From an uncultured Chloroflexia bacterium (lineage in GTDB: Bacteria > Chloroflexota > Limnocylindria > Limnocylindrales > CSP1-4), in contig CAWJUA010000022.1 of the NCBI GenBank assembly GCA_963845925.1, forward strand, positions 145,863 to 209,862: a stretch of DNA of 64,000 nt, given 5' to 3'. The position numbers and the translations under genes were made by a program. Positions within the stretch are counted from its first letter, which is position 1. Every line of letters starts with the position of its first letter. This document shows, piece after piece, positions 47,898 through 57,383 of the stretch. The notes under the pieces are model-generated. The model did not search any database. It was not told the DNA's origin and was given only the letters and a program-made list of their open reading frames with translations.

Positions 47898-47920
47898 GGC
47901 GTGTCAAGTCTTGACACGCC
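47898..47920. promoter_or_regulatory. Perfect 11-1-11 palindrome GGCGTGTCAAGtCTTGACACGCC carrying TTGACA on both strands
   Basis: Lies between divergent sigA (start 47772) and the MBL gene (start 48005). Each arm contains a TTGACA -35-like hexamer pointing outward. Two further inverted repeats flank it (GATCCGC..GCGGATC at ~47837-47861 and CAATACT..AGTATTG at ~47960-47982). Confidence 0.4.
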
Positions 47921-48004
47921 AGCGATGCCCATATCCTACCCGAAACGGGGTCGATTTGGCAACCCCTTTGTCAATACTCCCGACCAGTATTGCGAGTTCT
48001 TCAC

Positions 48005-48724
48005 ATGGCCGAAATCCGCGTCGAACGCATCCATTACGGCTTCCTCGTCGCGCCCGAGGGAACCCGCGATGCGGGCCAGCCGATCCCCGTCGTGGGCTAC
48101 GTCGTCCGCCATCCGGACGGGCTGTTCCTGTTCGACACCGGGTTCGCGCCGATCGACGACGGCACCCGCGAGCGGTATCACCCGCAGGCGGTCAACGTCG
48201 AGCAGGCGCTGGCCGGGATGGGCCTCCGGCCGAGCGACGTCGACGTCGTCGCGAACTGCCATCTCCACGCCGACCACGGCGGCGGCAACGCGGCCTTCCC
48301 GGGCACGCCGATCTACGTTCAGCGCCTCGAGCTGGAGGCGGCCGGCGAGCCCGAGTACACGAACCCGGCGGGCACGCACGACTTCCCGGGTGCTCGCCTC
48401 GAGGTCCTCGACGGCGAGGCGGAGCCATTGCCCGGGATCCGGCTCCTGCCGACGCCAGGCCACTCGCCCGGCCACCAGTCGCTCGCCGTGGCGTTCGACG
48501 GCGGCTGGCTGCTGCTCGCCGGCCAAGTGTTCACGACGGCGTCGGAGTTTGGATTCGCGCTGTTCTCGGACCGGCTCGCCCGGAGCGGCAAGCCCCCGAT
48601 CGGGACGGTCCCGGACTGGATGGAGCGGGTGGTGGCGCTCGACCCTGCGCGGGTCTACTTCGCCCACGACCTCCTCGTCCACGAGCGGGACACGGCGTCG
48701 CTGGGTACCGCCGAGCCGATCTGA
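48005..48724 (+). CDS. MBL-fold metallo-hydrolase (N-acyl-homoserine-lactonase / AiiA-like)
   Basis: HLHADHGGG (HxHxDH) with a downstream PTPGHSPGH His motif. 239 aa. Confidence 0.8.
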   Translation: MAEIRVERIHYGFLVAPEGTRDAGQPIPVVGYVVRHPDGLFLFDTGFAPIDDGTRERYHPQAVNVEQALAGMGLRPSDVDVVANCHLHADHGGGNAAFPGTPIYVQRLELEAAGEPEYTNPAGTHDFPGARLEVLDGEAEPLPGIRLLPTPGHSPGHQSLAVAFDGGWLLLAGQVFTTASEFGFALFSDRLARSGKPPIGTVPDWMERVVALDPARVYFAHDLLVHERDTASLGTAEPI

Positions 48725-48782
48725 CCAACCGCCGCCGCCGGACCGTTCGACCTGACTCCAAGTCCGGTCGCCGGGCCATCGC

Positions 48783-50054
48783 TTACGAGGGCGCGGACGT
48801 CGGGGCGGACTCGGGTTTCACCTGGACGACCATCTCGGGCCGGCCGGTCACGATGAGCCAGGCCGGCAGGACGACCACCGCCAGGACCGGCAGGATCGTC
48901 GGGTCGCCGATCATCAGCTCGCCCATGAACAGCGCCAGCCAGCCGCTGCGGGTGACCGCCACCAGCACGCCGACCACGCTCGCGGCGAGCGCCACCTCCT
49001 CGGGCACCTGCGGGACGAGCGCGTGGATGAAGAGCCCGAACGCGACGGCCGCGAACACCGACGGGAAGATCCGCCCGCCGCGGAAGCCGCTGCCGCTCGC
49101 GACGATCACCGCGATCAGCTTGATGACGGCCAGCAGCGCGAGGCTGGCGGGGGCGTAGTCGGCGTACGTCGCGGTCAGCTCCTTCATCTCGTCGAGGCCC
49201 TTGAACAGCGAGATCGGGCCGCCGATCACGCCGAGGATCCCGAGCACGAAGCCGCCAACCGTCAAGACAACGATCGGCGGACCGAGGCGGTGGAAGGCCG
49301 CGTGAACGACGGGGAAGGCGTAGATCGCGGCAAGTCCCAGCAGCGCCGCCGCCACCGCGACCAGCGACCCGGTCACGAGGTCGATGAGCTGGGGCGAGCC
49401 GTACGGTTCGATCGACAGCGCGAACGACTCGCCACCGAGCAGGAGCATCGTCAGGGCGCCCGCGCTCGCCGCGATCAGCGGCCCGAACAGCCGATCCCAG
49501 AGTGGCCGGCCGGACGTATCGGGGCTTTCGGTGAGGAGCAGTGCCGCACCGAGCGGCGTCCCGAACATCGCGCCGAGCGTCCCCGACAGGGCGAGACCGG
49601 CCCACGCGGGGACTGGGATCCGCGGCACGACCCGCAATCCGATCGCCGCCGCGAGGCCGATGTTCACCGCGAGGATCGGGTTCTCGGGCCCGAGGCTGAC
49701 GCCGCTCGCGAGCGTGATCACGAGCGCGACCGCGAGGCCCGGCAGCACGGCCAGGGGCAGCGGCGGCGCGGCCAGCTCGGTCGTCGCCGGGTCGGGGCCG
49801 GCGTGGCCCGGCACGAAGGTGACGACGAGCCCGACGACGAGGCCCGTCAGCGTCAAGACGCCGAGGATCCAGCCGGGCGAGTCCGACGCGATTCCCAGGT
49901 TCGCGGGCAGCGTGTCCCAGATGACGTCCTGGATGACCTTTGCGAGCTCGCTGACAACGAGGAGGATCAGCGCGGACGCGACGCCGACCACGATACCGGG
50001 CAGAACGAGCGGCAGGAGCTGGCTCGCCGGAGACGGTCTCGGTGCCTCTGCCAC
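48783..50054 (-). CDS. ClC-family chloride channel / H+-Cl- antiporter (short form)
   Basis: ~10-12 TMS. ClC selectivity-filter-like segments (GSGFRGGRIFPSVF, GxxLGPENP, GTLGAMFGTPLGAALL). Confidence 0.75.
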   Translation of the reverse strand: MAEAPRPSPASQLLPLVLPGIVVGVASALILLVVSELAKVIQDVIWDTLPANLGIASDSPGWILGVLTLTGLVVGLVVTFVPGHAGPDPATTELAAPPLPLAVLPGLAVALVITLASGVSLGPENPILAVNIGLAAAIGLRVVPRIPVPAWAGLALSGTLGAMFGTPLGAALLLTESPDTSGRPLWDRLFGPLIAASAGALTMLLLGGESFALSIEPYGSPQLIDLVTGSLVAVAAALLGLAAIYAFPVVHAAFHRLGPPIVVLTVGGFVLGILGVIGGPISLFKGLDEMKELTATYADYAPASLALLAVIKLIAVIVASGSGFRGGRIFPSVFAAVAFGLFIHALVPQVPEEVALAASVVGVLVAVTRSGWLALFMGELMIGDPTILPVLAVVVLPAWLIVTGRPEMVVQVKPESAPTSAPS

Positions 50055-50203
50055 GCTCCCTCCCGATTGCGTTTCCGGTGCCCGCCGGCACAGTATGCGA
50101 CGGCCGTTGGCTCGGAACGGCGGGCAACGGCCCCGTGCCAGCGCGTAGGATGGCGCCGCGAGCGAGTGCCGCCCCCGTCACCGCCGCGCAAGGGAGGGAC
50201 CGG

Positions 50204-50494
50204 ATGGGCTGCTTCAACGCCATCTTCACGATCATCCTGCCGCGGTTCGCGCTGCTCGTCGGCTGGTACAACGACCCGACGTTCTGGAACTCCCTCTTCG
50301 GCTCGCAGTTCCTGCTCGGCCTGGGCTGGCTCGCGATTCCGTGGACGACGCTGATCTACGGCTTCGTCTCGCCGAACGGGATGTCGTTCGTGAACTGGAT
50401 CTTCGTGCTGTTCGCGTTCCTGCTCGACATCGGGACGTACGGCCTGGGCTTCTTCGGCGGCCGCAAGGAGTACTCGAGCTACCGCGGTTCGTAA
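50204..50494 (+). CDS. Small membrane protein (96 aa)
   Basis: GGGAGGGA SD before the ATG at 50204. MGCFNAIFTIILPRFALLVGWYNDPTFWNSLFGSQFLLGLGWLAIPWTTLIYGF... has three TMS. Confidence 0.5.
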   Translation: MGCFNAIFTIILPRFALLVGWYNDPTFWNSLFGSQFLLGLGWLAIPWTTLIYGFVSPNGMSFVNWIFVLFAFLLDIGTYGLGFFGGRKEYSSYRGS

Positions 50495-50601
50495 CCTGGG
50501 CGGGGAACCTGCCATCGGTTGGCGAGTACACACGGTAGGTTGACGGGGCAGGGTTATCCTGCCGGAGCCCTGCTTCCTCGCTCCTGCCCACGAGGTTCTC
50601 A

Positions 50602-52287
50602 ATGACCGACGTTGCCGCTGCCGTGCCCGCGAACGAGACGCCGGGCGTCAACCTCAGCAATCGCCAGAAGCTCGAGATCCTCCTGGCGATCCTGCTCGCG
50701 CTGTTCCTGTTCGCACTCGACCAGACGGTCGTCGGCACGGCGCTCCCGATCATCGTCACGGACCTCAACGGCAACTCGCTGTACACGTGGGCAGTCACGA
50801 TCTACCTGCTGACGTCGACGATCAGCGGCCCGATCTACGGCAAGCTCTCGGACCTGTACGGCCGGCGTCCGATCTTCATCTGGGCACTGTCGCTGTTCAT
50901 CGTCGCGTCGCTCCTGTGCGGCCTCAGCCAGGAGATGTGGCAGTTCATCCTGTTCCGCGGCCTGCAGGGCCTCGGCGGTGGGGCGGTCTTCCCGGTGGCG
51001 CTCGCGGTGGTCGCCGACCTGTACTCGCCGGCCGAGCGCGGCAAGTACCTCGGGCTGTTCGGGGCGGTGTTCGGGCTCTCGTCGCTGCTCGGTCCGGGCA
51101 TCGGCGGGTTCATCACCGACACATGGGGCTGGCACTGGATCTTCTTCGTCAACATCCCGCTGGCCCTGGTCTCGCTCTTCGTCTGCTGGCGGCTGCTGCC
51201 GCCGATCAAGCGACCCGAGGCCGGCCGGAACATCGACTACCTGGGCGCCGCCGTCTTCACGGCGGCGATCGCGCCGTTCCTGATCGGGCTCACGAACAAG
51301 CAGACCGGCGAATGGACGGATCCCGCGGTCGGCGGGCTGATCCTGCTCGGCCTGGCGCTGGGCGCCCTGTTCGTGTTCGTCGAGTCGCGGGCCGTCGACC
51401 CGATCGTGCCCCTGGGCCTCTTCCGGAACCGGTCGTTCACGATCTCGGTCGCGGCGATGTTCCTCGCGGCGTTCGGGTTCTTCGCCGGGATCATCTTCCT
51501 GCCGCGCTACTTCCTCGTCGTCGAGGGCCTCAGCGCGACGCAGTCCGGGTACAGCTTCCTGCCGCTGCTGGCGGCGCTGATCGTCAGCGCCACGCTGTCG
51601 GGCCAGATCGTGGCCCGGACCCATCACTACAAGCTGCTGATCGTGTTCTCGATGGTCCTGCTCGCGATCGGCTCCTTCCTGATGACCAACCTCACCGCCG
51701 ACACCGACCGGCTCCAGCTCTGGCTGTGGATGGTCATCGCCGGGCTGGGCATCGGGCCGTCCTTCGCGGTGTTCACGCTGATCGTCCAGAACTCGGTCGT
51801 GCCGCGGCTCATCGGCGTCGCGACGGCCAGCCTGACGTTCTTCCAGCAGATTGGCGGGACCGTCGGGCTCACGATCGCCGGCACGCTGTTCGCGGACCGG
51901 TTTGTCGCCGAGCTGCCGAAGCAGATGGCCGCGGCCGGCGCCGATCCGCTCGTCGTCCAGGCGTTCGGCGCGGCGGGTGGGGCGGCCGGCAACGCGCTGG
52001 GTCAGCTCACCGGGACCGGTGATCTGGGCCAGCAGATCCTCGCCGGGACCCCGGAGCCGTTCCGGCCGCTCGTGCAGGCCAACCTCGACGCGATCGTGAC
52101 CGGAATCCACGATGCGTTCGCCCTGGCGACGGCGTCGGTCTTCTGGGTCGGCGTCGTAGCGGCCGCGATCGCGGTCGTGTTCTGCCTGTTCCTGCAGGAG
52201 CAGCCGATGGGGGCGGGGGCCGATGCCGCCGCCGAGGCCGAGTCCGCCGCCGAAGCGCCCGGGGCGGTCGCCGCGCCAGGCGGCTAG
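50602..52287 (+). CDS. MFS transporter, DHA2 (14-TMS drug:H+ antiporter, EmrB/QacA) family
   Basis: 561 aa with 14 TMS and motif A (GKLSDLYGRRP). C-terminal Ala/Gly-rich tail. Confidence 0.9.
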   Translation: MTDVAAAVPANETPGVNLSNRQKLEILLAILLALFLFALDQTVVGTALPIIVTDLNGNSLYTWAVTIYLLTSTISGPIYGKLSDLYGRRPIFIWALSLFIVASLLCGLSQEMWQFILFRGLQGLGGGAVFPVALAVVADLYSPAERGKYLGLFGAVFGLSSLLGPGIGGFITDTWGWHWIFFVNIPLALVSLFVCWRLLPPIKRPEAGRNIDYLGAAVFTAAIAPFLIGLTNKQTGEWTDPAVGGLILLGLALGALFVFVESRAVDPIVPLGLFRNRSFTISVAAMFLAAFGFFAGIIFLPRYFLVVEGLSATQSGYSFLPLLAALIVSATLSGQIVARTHHYKLLIVFSMVLLAIGSFLMTNLTADTDRLQLWLWMVIAGLGIGPSFAVFTLIVQNSVVPRLIGVATASLTFFQQIGGTVGLTIAGTLFADRFVAELPKQMAAAGADPLVVQAFGAAGGAAGNALGQLTGTGDLGQQILAGTPEPFRPLVQANLDAIVTGIHDAFALATASVFWVGVVAAAIAVVFCLFLQEQPMGAGADAAAEAESAAEAPGAVAAPGG

Positions 52288-53103
52288 CTAAGCCGCCGTC
52301 TCCGAGGCGACCGGTCCGACGCGGATCGAGACCACCTCGGTCGGCAGCGCCTTGCCCTTCAGATCGAGCGATCGCCGCTCGAGCGCGGGGTCCAGGCCGG
52401 CGGCCGCGGCCGCTGGAGTCGTCACGAGGATCTCGCCGGCGCGAGCGGTCGAGGCCAGGCGGGCCGTCGTGTTCATCGCGTCGCCAACGGCTGTCAGCTG
52501 GGTCCCGCCGCCCTCGCCAACCGCGCCGAACCAGGTCAGTCCGGTGTGGACGCCGGCGCCCAGCGGGACCCACGGCCCGGCGGGATCGTCGTGGCCGACC
52601 GCGACGAGGAGTGCCCTGGCGGCCTTCACCGCCTGCTCGGCGTGGTTCGACCCGGTGATCAGCGGGAAGAACAGCGCGACAAGCTCGTCACCGACGAACT
52701 TGTCCAGGCTGCCGTCGTGAGCGAAGACGACCCGCGTCGCGACGTTGTAGAAGCGGTCGAGCAGGGCCCGGAACTCCGTCGGCGACAGGTCCTCGGCGAT
52801 CGTCGTCGAGCCGCGGATATCCGCGAACAGCATCGACGCCTCGATCTCCGCGCCGCCGTGGTGGGTCGAGATGAACTCGAAGCACTGGTTGCACGTGTTG
52901 GGGTTCTGTGGAGCGCGGCGCTTGCCGATCACTCGCATCGCCGCGCCGCCGGGGCCAGTGAACGGGGCGGCGCAGAGGTGGCAGCGCGGCTCGGACGGCA
53001 AATGCTTGAACACGATCCGCAGGCGGCGCTCAAGCGTGTCGCCGTTCGTGAGGAAGTTCCGCCAGTAGTCCTCGCCGTAGACGCGCGGCGACTCAGCTGG
53101 CAT
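52288..53103 (-). CDS. Class III adenylate/guanylate cyclase with an N-terminal Cys4 zinc-ribbon
   Basis: Cyclase homology domain (FADIRGSTTIAEDL, FVGDELVALF, VGDAMNTTARLAS). N-terminal CHLC...CNQC. Confidence 0.8.
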   Translation of the reverse strand: MPAESPRVYGEDYWRNFLTNGDTLERRLRIVFKHLPSEPRCHLCAAPFTGPGGAAMRVIGKRRAPQNPNTCNQCFEFISTHHGGAEIEASMLFADIRGSTTIAEDLSPTEFRALLDRFYNVATRVVFAHDGSLDKFVGDELVALFFPLITGSNHAEQAVKAARALLVAVGHDDPAGPWVPLGAGVHTGLTWFGAVGEGGGTQLTAVGDAMNTTARLASTARAGEILVTTPAAAAAGLDPALERRSLDLKGKALPTEVVSIRVGPVASETAA

Positions 53104-53229
53104 GGATCCCGGCTCGCATCGCCCGAGTATGAGCGGGATCGGGTTCGCCGCAAACCTGACGGCCTGTGACAGGTGTCCGGGACTACAACTGCGTCACGAC
53201 GCGGGATGCCATCGAGCCAGGAGACGACG

Positions 53230-53749
53230 ATGGGAACATCCACGACTGATCTCGCCCCGCAAACGGACGCCGCGGATCACGACCCGGCCCACGACTTCGA
53301 CTTCTACTTCGGGTCGTGGCGCATCCACCACCACCAGCTCGTCGAGCGGCTCGCCGGGAGCGACACCTGGCGGGAGTTCGAGAGCACGTCCATCGCCCAG
53401 CCGACGATGGGCGGCCTCGGCAACATCGACGACAACGTCCTCGACCACCCCAACGGCACCTACCGCGCGATCTCGATCCGGGCCTACGACCCCGAATCGA
53501 GGCAGTGGGCGATCTGGTGGCTCGACGGCCGCAACCCGCACCACATCGACCCGCCGGTCATCGGCGGCTTCGAGGACGGCGTCGGGACGTTCATCGGCGA
53601 GGACACGTTCAACGGGCATCCCGATCCTCGTCCGGTTCCGCTGGTCGGACATCACCGAGACGACCTGCCGCTGGGAGCAGGCGTTCTCGACTGACCAGGG
53701 CGAGACCTGGGAGGTGAACTGGGTGATGGAGTCGACGCGGATCTCGTAG
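53230..53749 (+). CDS. Hypothetical protein (DUF-like, WxW/His-rich). Apparent frameshift near 53620.
   Basis: GGAGACGA SD, then ATG at 53230. The body is in ORF 53173..53694 and the C-terminus (ILVRFRWSDITETTCRWEQAFSTDQGETWEVNWVMESTRIS*) in ORF 53102..53749 in a different frame. Confidence 0.5.
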
Positions 53750-53784
53750 CCTTGTCGCCGAGGCGCGCCCGGCCGCTCGTCGGG

Positions 53785-54021
53785 TCAGTGGCCGCCGGGA
53801 GCGAAGGCGCCGAAGACCGCGGCGCCGCTCTCCAGCTTCCGGCGGTCCTCGTCCGAGAGCGGCTCCCGGCGCCGGGCGTCCACGACGCGCTCGACGCACG
53901 GTGCGCAGAGGAACGTCCGCTGGCCCTTCGCGTCGGTGACCTCGCGACGGTCGGAATAGAGCGGCGTCCCCGCGGCGGTGTCTTCGCCGCAGGACTCGCA
54001 GGGCTCGAGCTGTCGGATCAT
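53785..54021 (-). CDS. Small zinc-ribbon protein (CxxC...CxxC, 78 aa)
   Basis: MIRQLEPCESCGED..RTFLCAPCVERV has a balanced composition. Confidence 0.45.
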   Translation of the reverse strand: MIRQLEPCESCGEDTAAGTPLYSDRREVTDAKGQRTFLCAPCVERVVDARRREPLSDEDRRKLESGAAVFGAFAPGGH

Positions 54022-54150
54022 GGCCGTTCTCCCGTGCTCGCGTCTCCGTCCACGCTGCCCTGATCGGCCGTCGCCGTCAAGAGGCGTCGGCGGGACCTAC
54101 ACTCCTCCAGGGCGCGGCGAGGTTCGCCGGATAGCCGAGGATGGGCTGCC

Positions 54151-56142
54151 ATGGGTGCGACCGCGCCGGGGGTCCGCGACGAGGCCCGCTACGACTATGC
54201 GGCGATGTCGCCGGCGACGGTCACCGACGCGACCGACGCGGCGCTCGCCGAAGCCGAGCGCTTGATCGAGGCCGTCGTCAGCGCGCCGGACCCGCGGACG
54301 TTCGACTCCACGATCCGGCCGCTGGCCGCCGCCGCGGCGGTCGTGTGGGCGGCCGATGGCGTGGGCTCGAGCATCGGCTACGTCCACCCCGACGCGGCGG
54401 TCCGGGACGCGGCGAACGCCGCCGAGGAGCGCACCCAGAAATGGCGGGCGGGTCTGGCCCGGCGCGACGACCTGGCGGCCGCGATCCTCGCCTACGCCGG
54501 CACCGACGAGGCGGCATCGCTCGACGGATCGCGCCGCCAATCGGTCGACCTGTGGCTCCGCGACATCCGGCGAGCCGGGCACGGCCTCCCGCCCGAGCAG
54601 CGCGAGGAGTTCGCCGCCCTCAACGACCGGATCGCCGACCTCTGCGTCGCGTTCGGCCGGAACCTCGGCGACTGGCACGACGACATGGTCCTGGGCGAGG
54701 TCGACCTGGTGGGGCTGCCGCAGACATTCGTCGACCGACTGCCTGCTGGCCCGGAGCCCGGGAGCCGCCTCCTCGCCGCCGGATACGCGACGACCTTCGC
54801 GTTCATCGAGCAGTCCCCCCGGCGCGATCTTCGCGAGATCGCGTTCGCCAGGTACTACAGCCGAGCCGCCGCGCTCAACGCCCCGATCCTCGCCGAGATC
54901 GTCGACGCTCGCCGGCGCGCCGCATCGATCGTCGGCGCCGACTCGTGGAGCCAGTTCGCGAACGAGGCCCGGATGTCCGGCGGCCGGGCGGAGGTCATGG
55001 CCTTCCTCGAGGGCCTCATCGGGCCGCTCCAGTCACTCGCCGCCGTCGAGCAGGCCGCGATGCTCGAGCAGCTGCCCGCCGACGACCCTGACGCCGTCCT
55101 GCGCGCTTCGGACTGGATCTACCTCCACGAGCGCCAGCGAGAGTCGGTCGGCGTCGACTTCGAGCGGCTCGCCGAGTACTTCCCGGTCGACGGCCTGCTC
55201 GAGCGGATGATCGACCTGCTGAGCGACGTGTTCGGGCTCGCCATCTCAGCGCTGCCGGACGCGTCGGTCTGGCACCCGGACGTTCGCGTCTTCCGCATCG
55301 ACGACGCCGCCACCGGCGAGCATCTGACCGACGTCTACCTCGACCTCTTCAGCCGCGACGGCAAGCGGCCCGGCGGCTGGATGCAGTCGCTGCGCCTGCC
55401 GGACAACACCCCGGGCCGGCCGCGACGGCCCGCGGTGATCCAGCTCGTCCTGAACTTCGCGGCGCCGACCGGGACCGGCCCGACGCTCCTGCGCCACGAC
55501 GACGTCGCCGGGCTGATCCACGAGTTCGGTCACGTGCTGGAGTTCGGGCTTGCCCGGACCGACGGGGCAATGGTGACCGAGAGCTGGACGGAGATCGACT
55601 TCGTCGAGGCGCCGTCGCAGATCATGGAGCACTGGGCGTGGTCGCCGGCGGTCGTCCAGCGGCTCGGCCGCCATCACGCGACGGGCGAGCCGCCGCCGGA
55701 CGAGCTCGTCGCCGGGCTGCCCGCGGCCCGGCAGCTGAACATCGGCACGCAGACGCTCTTCTTCTTCATCTTCCGGGCCCTCCTCGACCAGTACCTGCAC
55801 GGCCCGGAGCCGGTCGATGCGATGGACGCGTACCGGCGCGCGTACGCGGTGACCGGCTTCCCGTTCATGGAGGGCACGTTCCAGCCGGGAACCTTCGACC
55901 ACATCACGGGGATCTACGACGCCGGGTTCTACAGCTACATCTGGGCCCAGGTCTTCGGCGACGACATGTTCAGCGCGTTCCTGGACGGCGGGCTGCTCTC
56001 AGCCGATGTGGGTGCGCGGTACCGGCGCGAGGTCCTCGAACCCAGCTGGGGCGTGCCCGGCCGGCGGCGGGTCGAGAACTTCCTTGGCCGGCCGCCGTCG
56101 GACCGGGCGTTTCTGGAGCGGCTCGGGATCGCCGACGGTTAG
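54151..56142 (+). CDS. M3-family zinc metallopeptidase (oligopeptidase A / peptidyl-dipeptidase Dcp-like)
   Basis: HEFGH zinc motif (GLIHEFGHVLEF) with a downstream Glu. 663 aa. Confidence 0.85.
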   Translation: MGATAPGVRDEARYDYAAMSPATVTDATDAALAEAERLIEAVVSAPDPRTFDSTIRPLAAAAAVVWAADGVGSSIGYVHPDAAVRDAANAAEERTQKWRAGLARRDDLAAAILAYAGTDEAASLDGSRRQSVDLWLRDIRRAGHGLPPEQREEFAALNDRIADLCVAFGRNLGDWHDDMVLGEVDLVGLPQTFVDRLPAGPEPGSRLLAAGYATTFAFIEQSPRRDLREIAFARYYSRAAALNAPILAEIVDARRRAASIVGADSWSQFANEARMSGGRAEVMAFLEGLIGPLQSLAAVEQAAMLEQLPADDPDAVLRASDWIYLHERQRESVGVDFERLAEYFPVDGLLERMIDLLSDVFGLAISALPDASVWHPDVRVFRIDDAATGEHLTDVYLDLFSRDGKRPGGWMQSLRLPDNTPGRPRRPAVIQLVLNFAAPTGTGPTLLRHDDVAGLIHEFGHVLEFGLARTDGAMVTESWTEIDFVEAPSQIMEHWAWSPAVVQRLGRHHATGEPPPDELVAGLPAARQLNIGTQTLFFFIFRALLDQYLHGPEPVDAMDAYRRAYAVTGFPFMEGTFQPGTFDHITGIYDAGFYSYIWAQVFGDDMFSAFLDGGLLSADVGARYRREVLEPSWGVPGRRRVENFLGRPPSDRAFLERLGIADG

Positions 56143-56154
56143 GCGACGGCTCGT

Positions 56155-56985
56155 CTACGGCGCGCGGACCGTCTCGGCAAGCCGGATCGCGTCGTCCACC
56201 GGGAAATCGGCCTCGTTGACGATGAGCCCCATCCCGTCCCCACCCACCGTCCACACGAGGGCGAGCTCGCCGTCGGGTGGATTCCGGTACAACGTCGCCG
56301 GCGCGCCGTTCACCTGGACGCCGCTGAGCTCGTCGCCGCCGGTCACGTTCGCCGGGCTGTCGAACGACTGGTAGAGGGCGATCTGGCCCTTGCTCGTCGC
56401 CGGGTCGGGTGGGCCGCCCTTCGTCCAGGTCCGCTGCCACCGCCCGCCCGGGCTCTCCTCGGTGTCCCGTTGCGCGGCGAGCGTCCAGCCGTCCGGCACG
56501 TCGATCGTCGCGAGCCCGTCGGGTGGCCGGACGAAGTGGACGTAGCCTGCAAGGTCCTCGACCCGGAACCCCTGAAACGGCCGATCGAGGCGAATTGCGA
56601 TCGACTGACCGTAGCCGACGAGGTCGCACGCGAATGGAATCTGCGGCGTGGGCGTCGGCGGCGGGGCGGGCGTGTCGTCGACGACCTTCACCCGGAGGAC
56701 GCCTTCTGACTCCCGGGCCCAGCCGAAGTAGTGGTTCGTGCACGGGTCGCTCGGGTCGTAGTCCTTGCCGCCGATGAACGTGACGGTCAGGGTCGATCCG
56801 TCTCCGCTGATCGCGGCGGTGTCGATCCGCACCGGCAGGCCAGGCGGCGGGTCGATGCTTGTCGCGGGCTCACTCGTCCCCTCGCCCGCGGAGCCGATCG
56901 CGCTCGGCGGGACCGTGGGCGACGGCGAGCCGCACGCCGCGACGGCGAGGACCAGGGCGGCCAGCGCCGCGGCGCGCCTGATCAC
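56155..56985 (-). CDS. Lipoprotein of unknown function
   Basis: MIRRAAALAALVLAVAACGSPS lipobox. Last gene of the hydrolase-VOC-lipoprotein operon. Confidence 0.6.
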   Translation of the reverse strand: MIRRAAALAALVLAVAACGSPSPTVPPSAIGSAGEGTSEPATSIDPPPGLPVRIDTAAISGDGSTLTVTFIGGKDYDPSDPCTNHYFGWARESEGVLRVKVVDDTPAPPPTPTPQIPFACDLVGYGQSIAIRLDRPFQGFRVEDLAGYVHFVRPPDGLATIDVPDGWTLAAQRDTEESPGGRWQRTWTKGGPPDPATSKGQIALYQSFDSPANVTGGDELSGVQVNGAPATLYRNPPDGELALVWTVGGDGMGLIVNEADFPVDDAIRLAETVRAP

Positions 56986-56990
56986 GGGGT

Positions 56991-57383
56991 CTAGGCAGTA
57001 TCGCCGGAGCCGCCGCCCATGCCCTCAGGCTGCATCGGGCTCATCAGCTGGAAGTAGTTGCCATCCGGATCTGCGAGCGTGGCGATCGACGAGCCCGGCG
57101 CGCCCTCGAACTCGTACGGCTCGCGGACGACGATGGCTCCGGCGGCCTTCATCCGCTCGAACTCGCCCGCGACGTCGTCGCTCTCGATGTTCCAGATGAG
57201 GCGTCCGGGACTGACGTTGCTGCCGCTGACCTCGGAGTGCGGTCCGACGCTCATGAAGCCCGTCCCGATCAGCCAGCCCGCGTAGCCACCGTCCGCCATC
57301 ATCGGCTCGCCCAGCAACTTCGTGTAGTAGTCGACGAGCCGCTGCGGGTCGGCCGAGCCGATGAGGATGCTGTTGAAGTTCAT
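56991..57383 (-). CDS. VOC / glyoxalase family protein
   Basis: VOC fold pattern (DPQRLVDYYTKLLG..GW..G...PGRLIWNIESDDV..EFERMKAAGAIVVREP..ADPDGNYFQLM). The ATG overlaps the upstream stop (ATGA). Confidence 0.7.
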   Translation of the reverse strand: MNFNSILIGSADPQRLVDYYTKLLGEPMMADGGYAGWLIGTGFMSVGPHSEVSGSNVSPGRLIWNIESDDVAGEFERMKAAGAIVVREPYEFEGAPGSSIATLADPDGNYFQLMSPMQPEGMGGGSGDTA

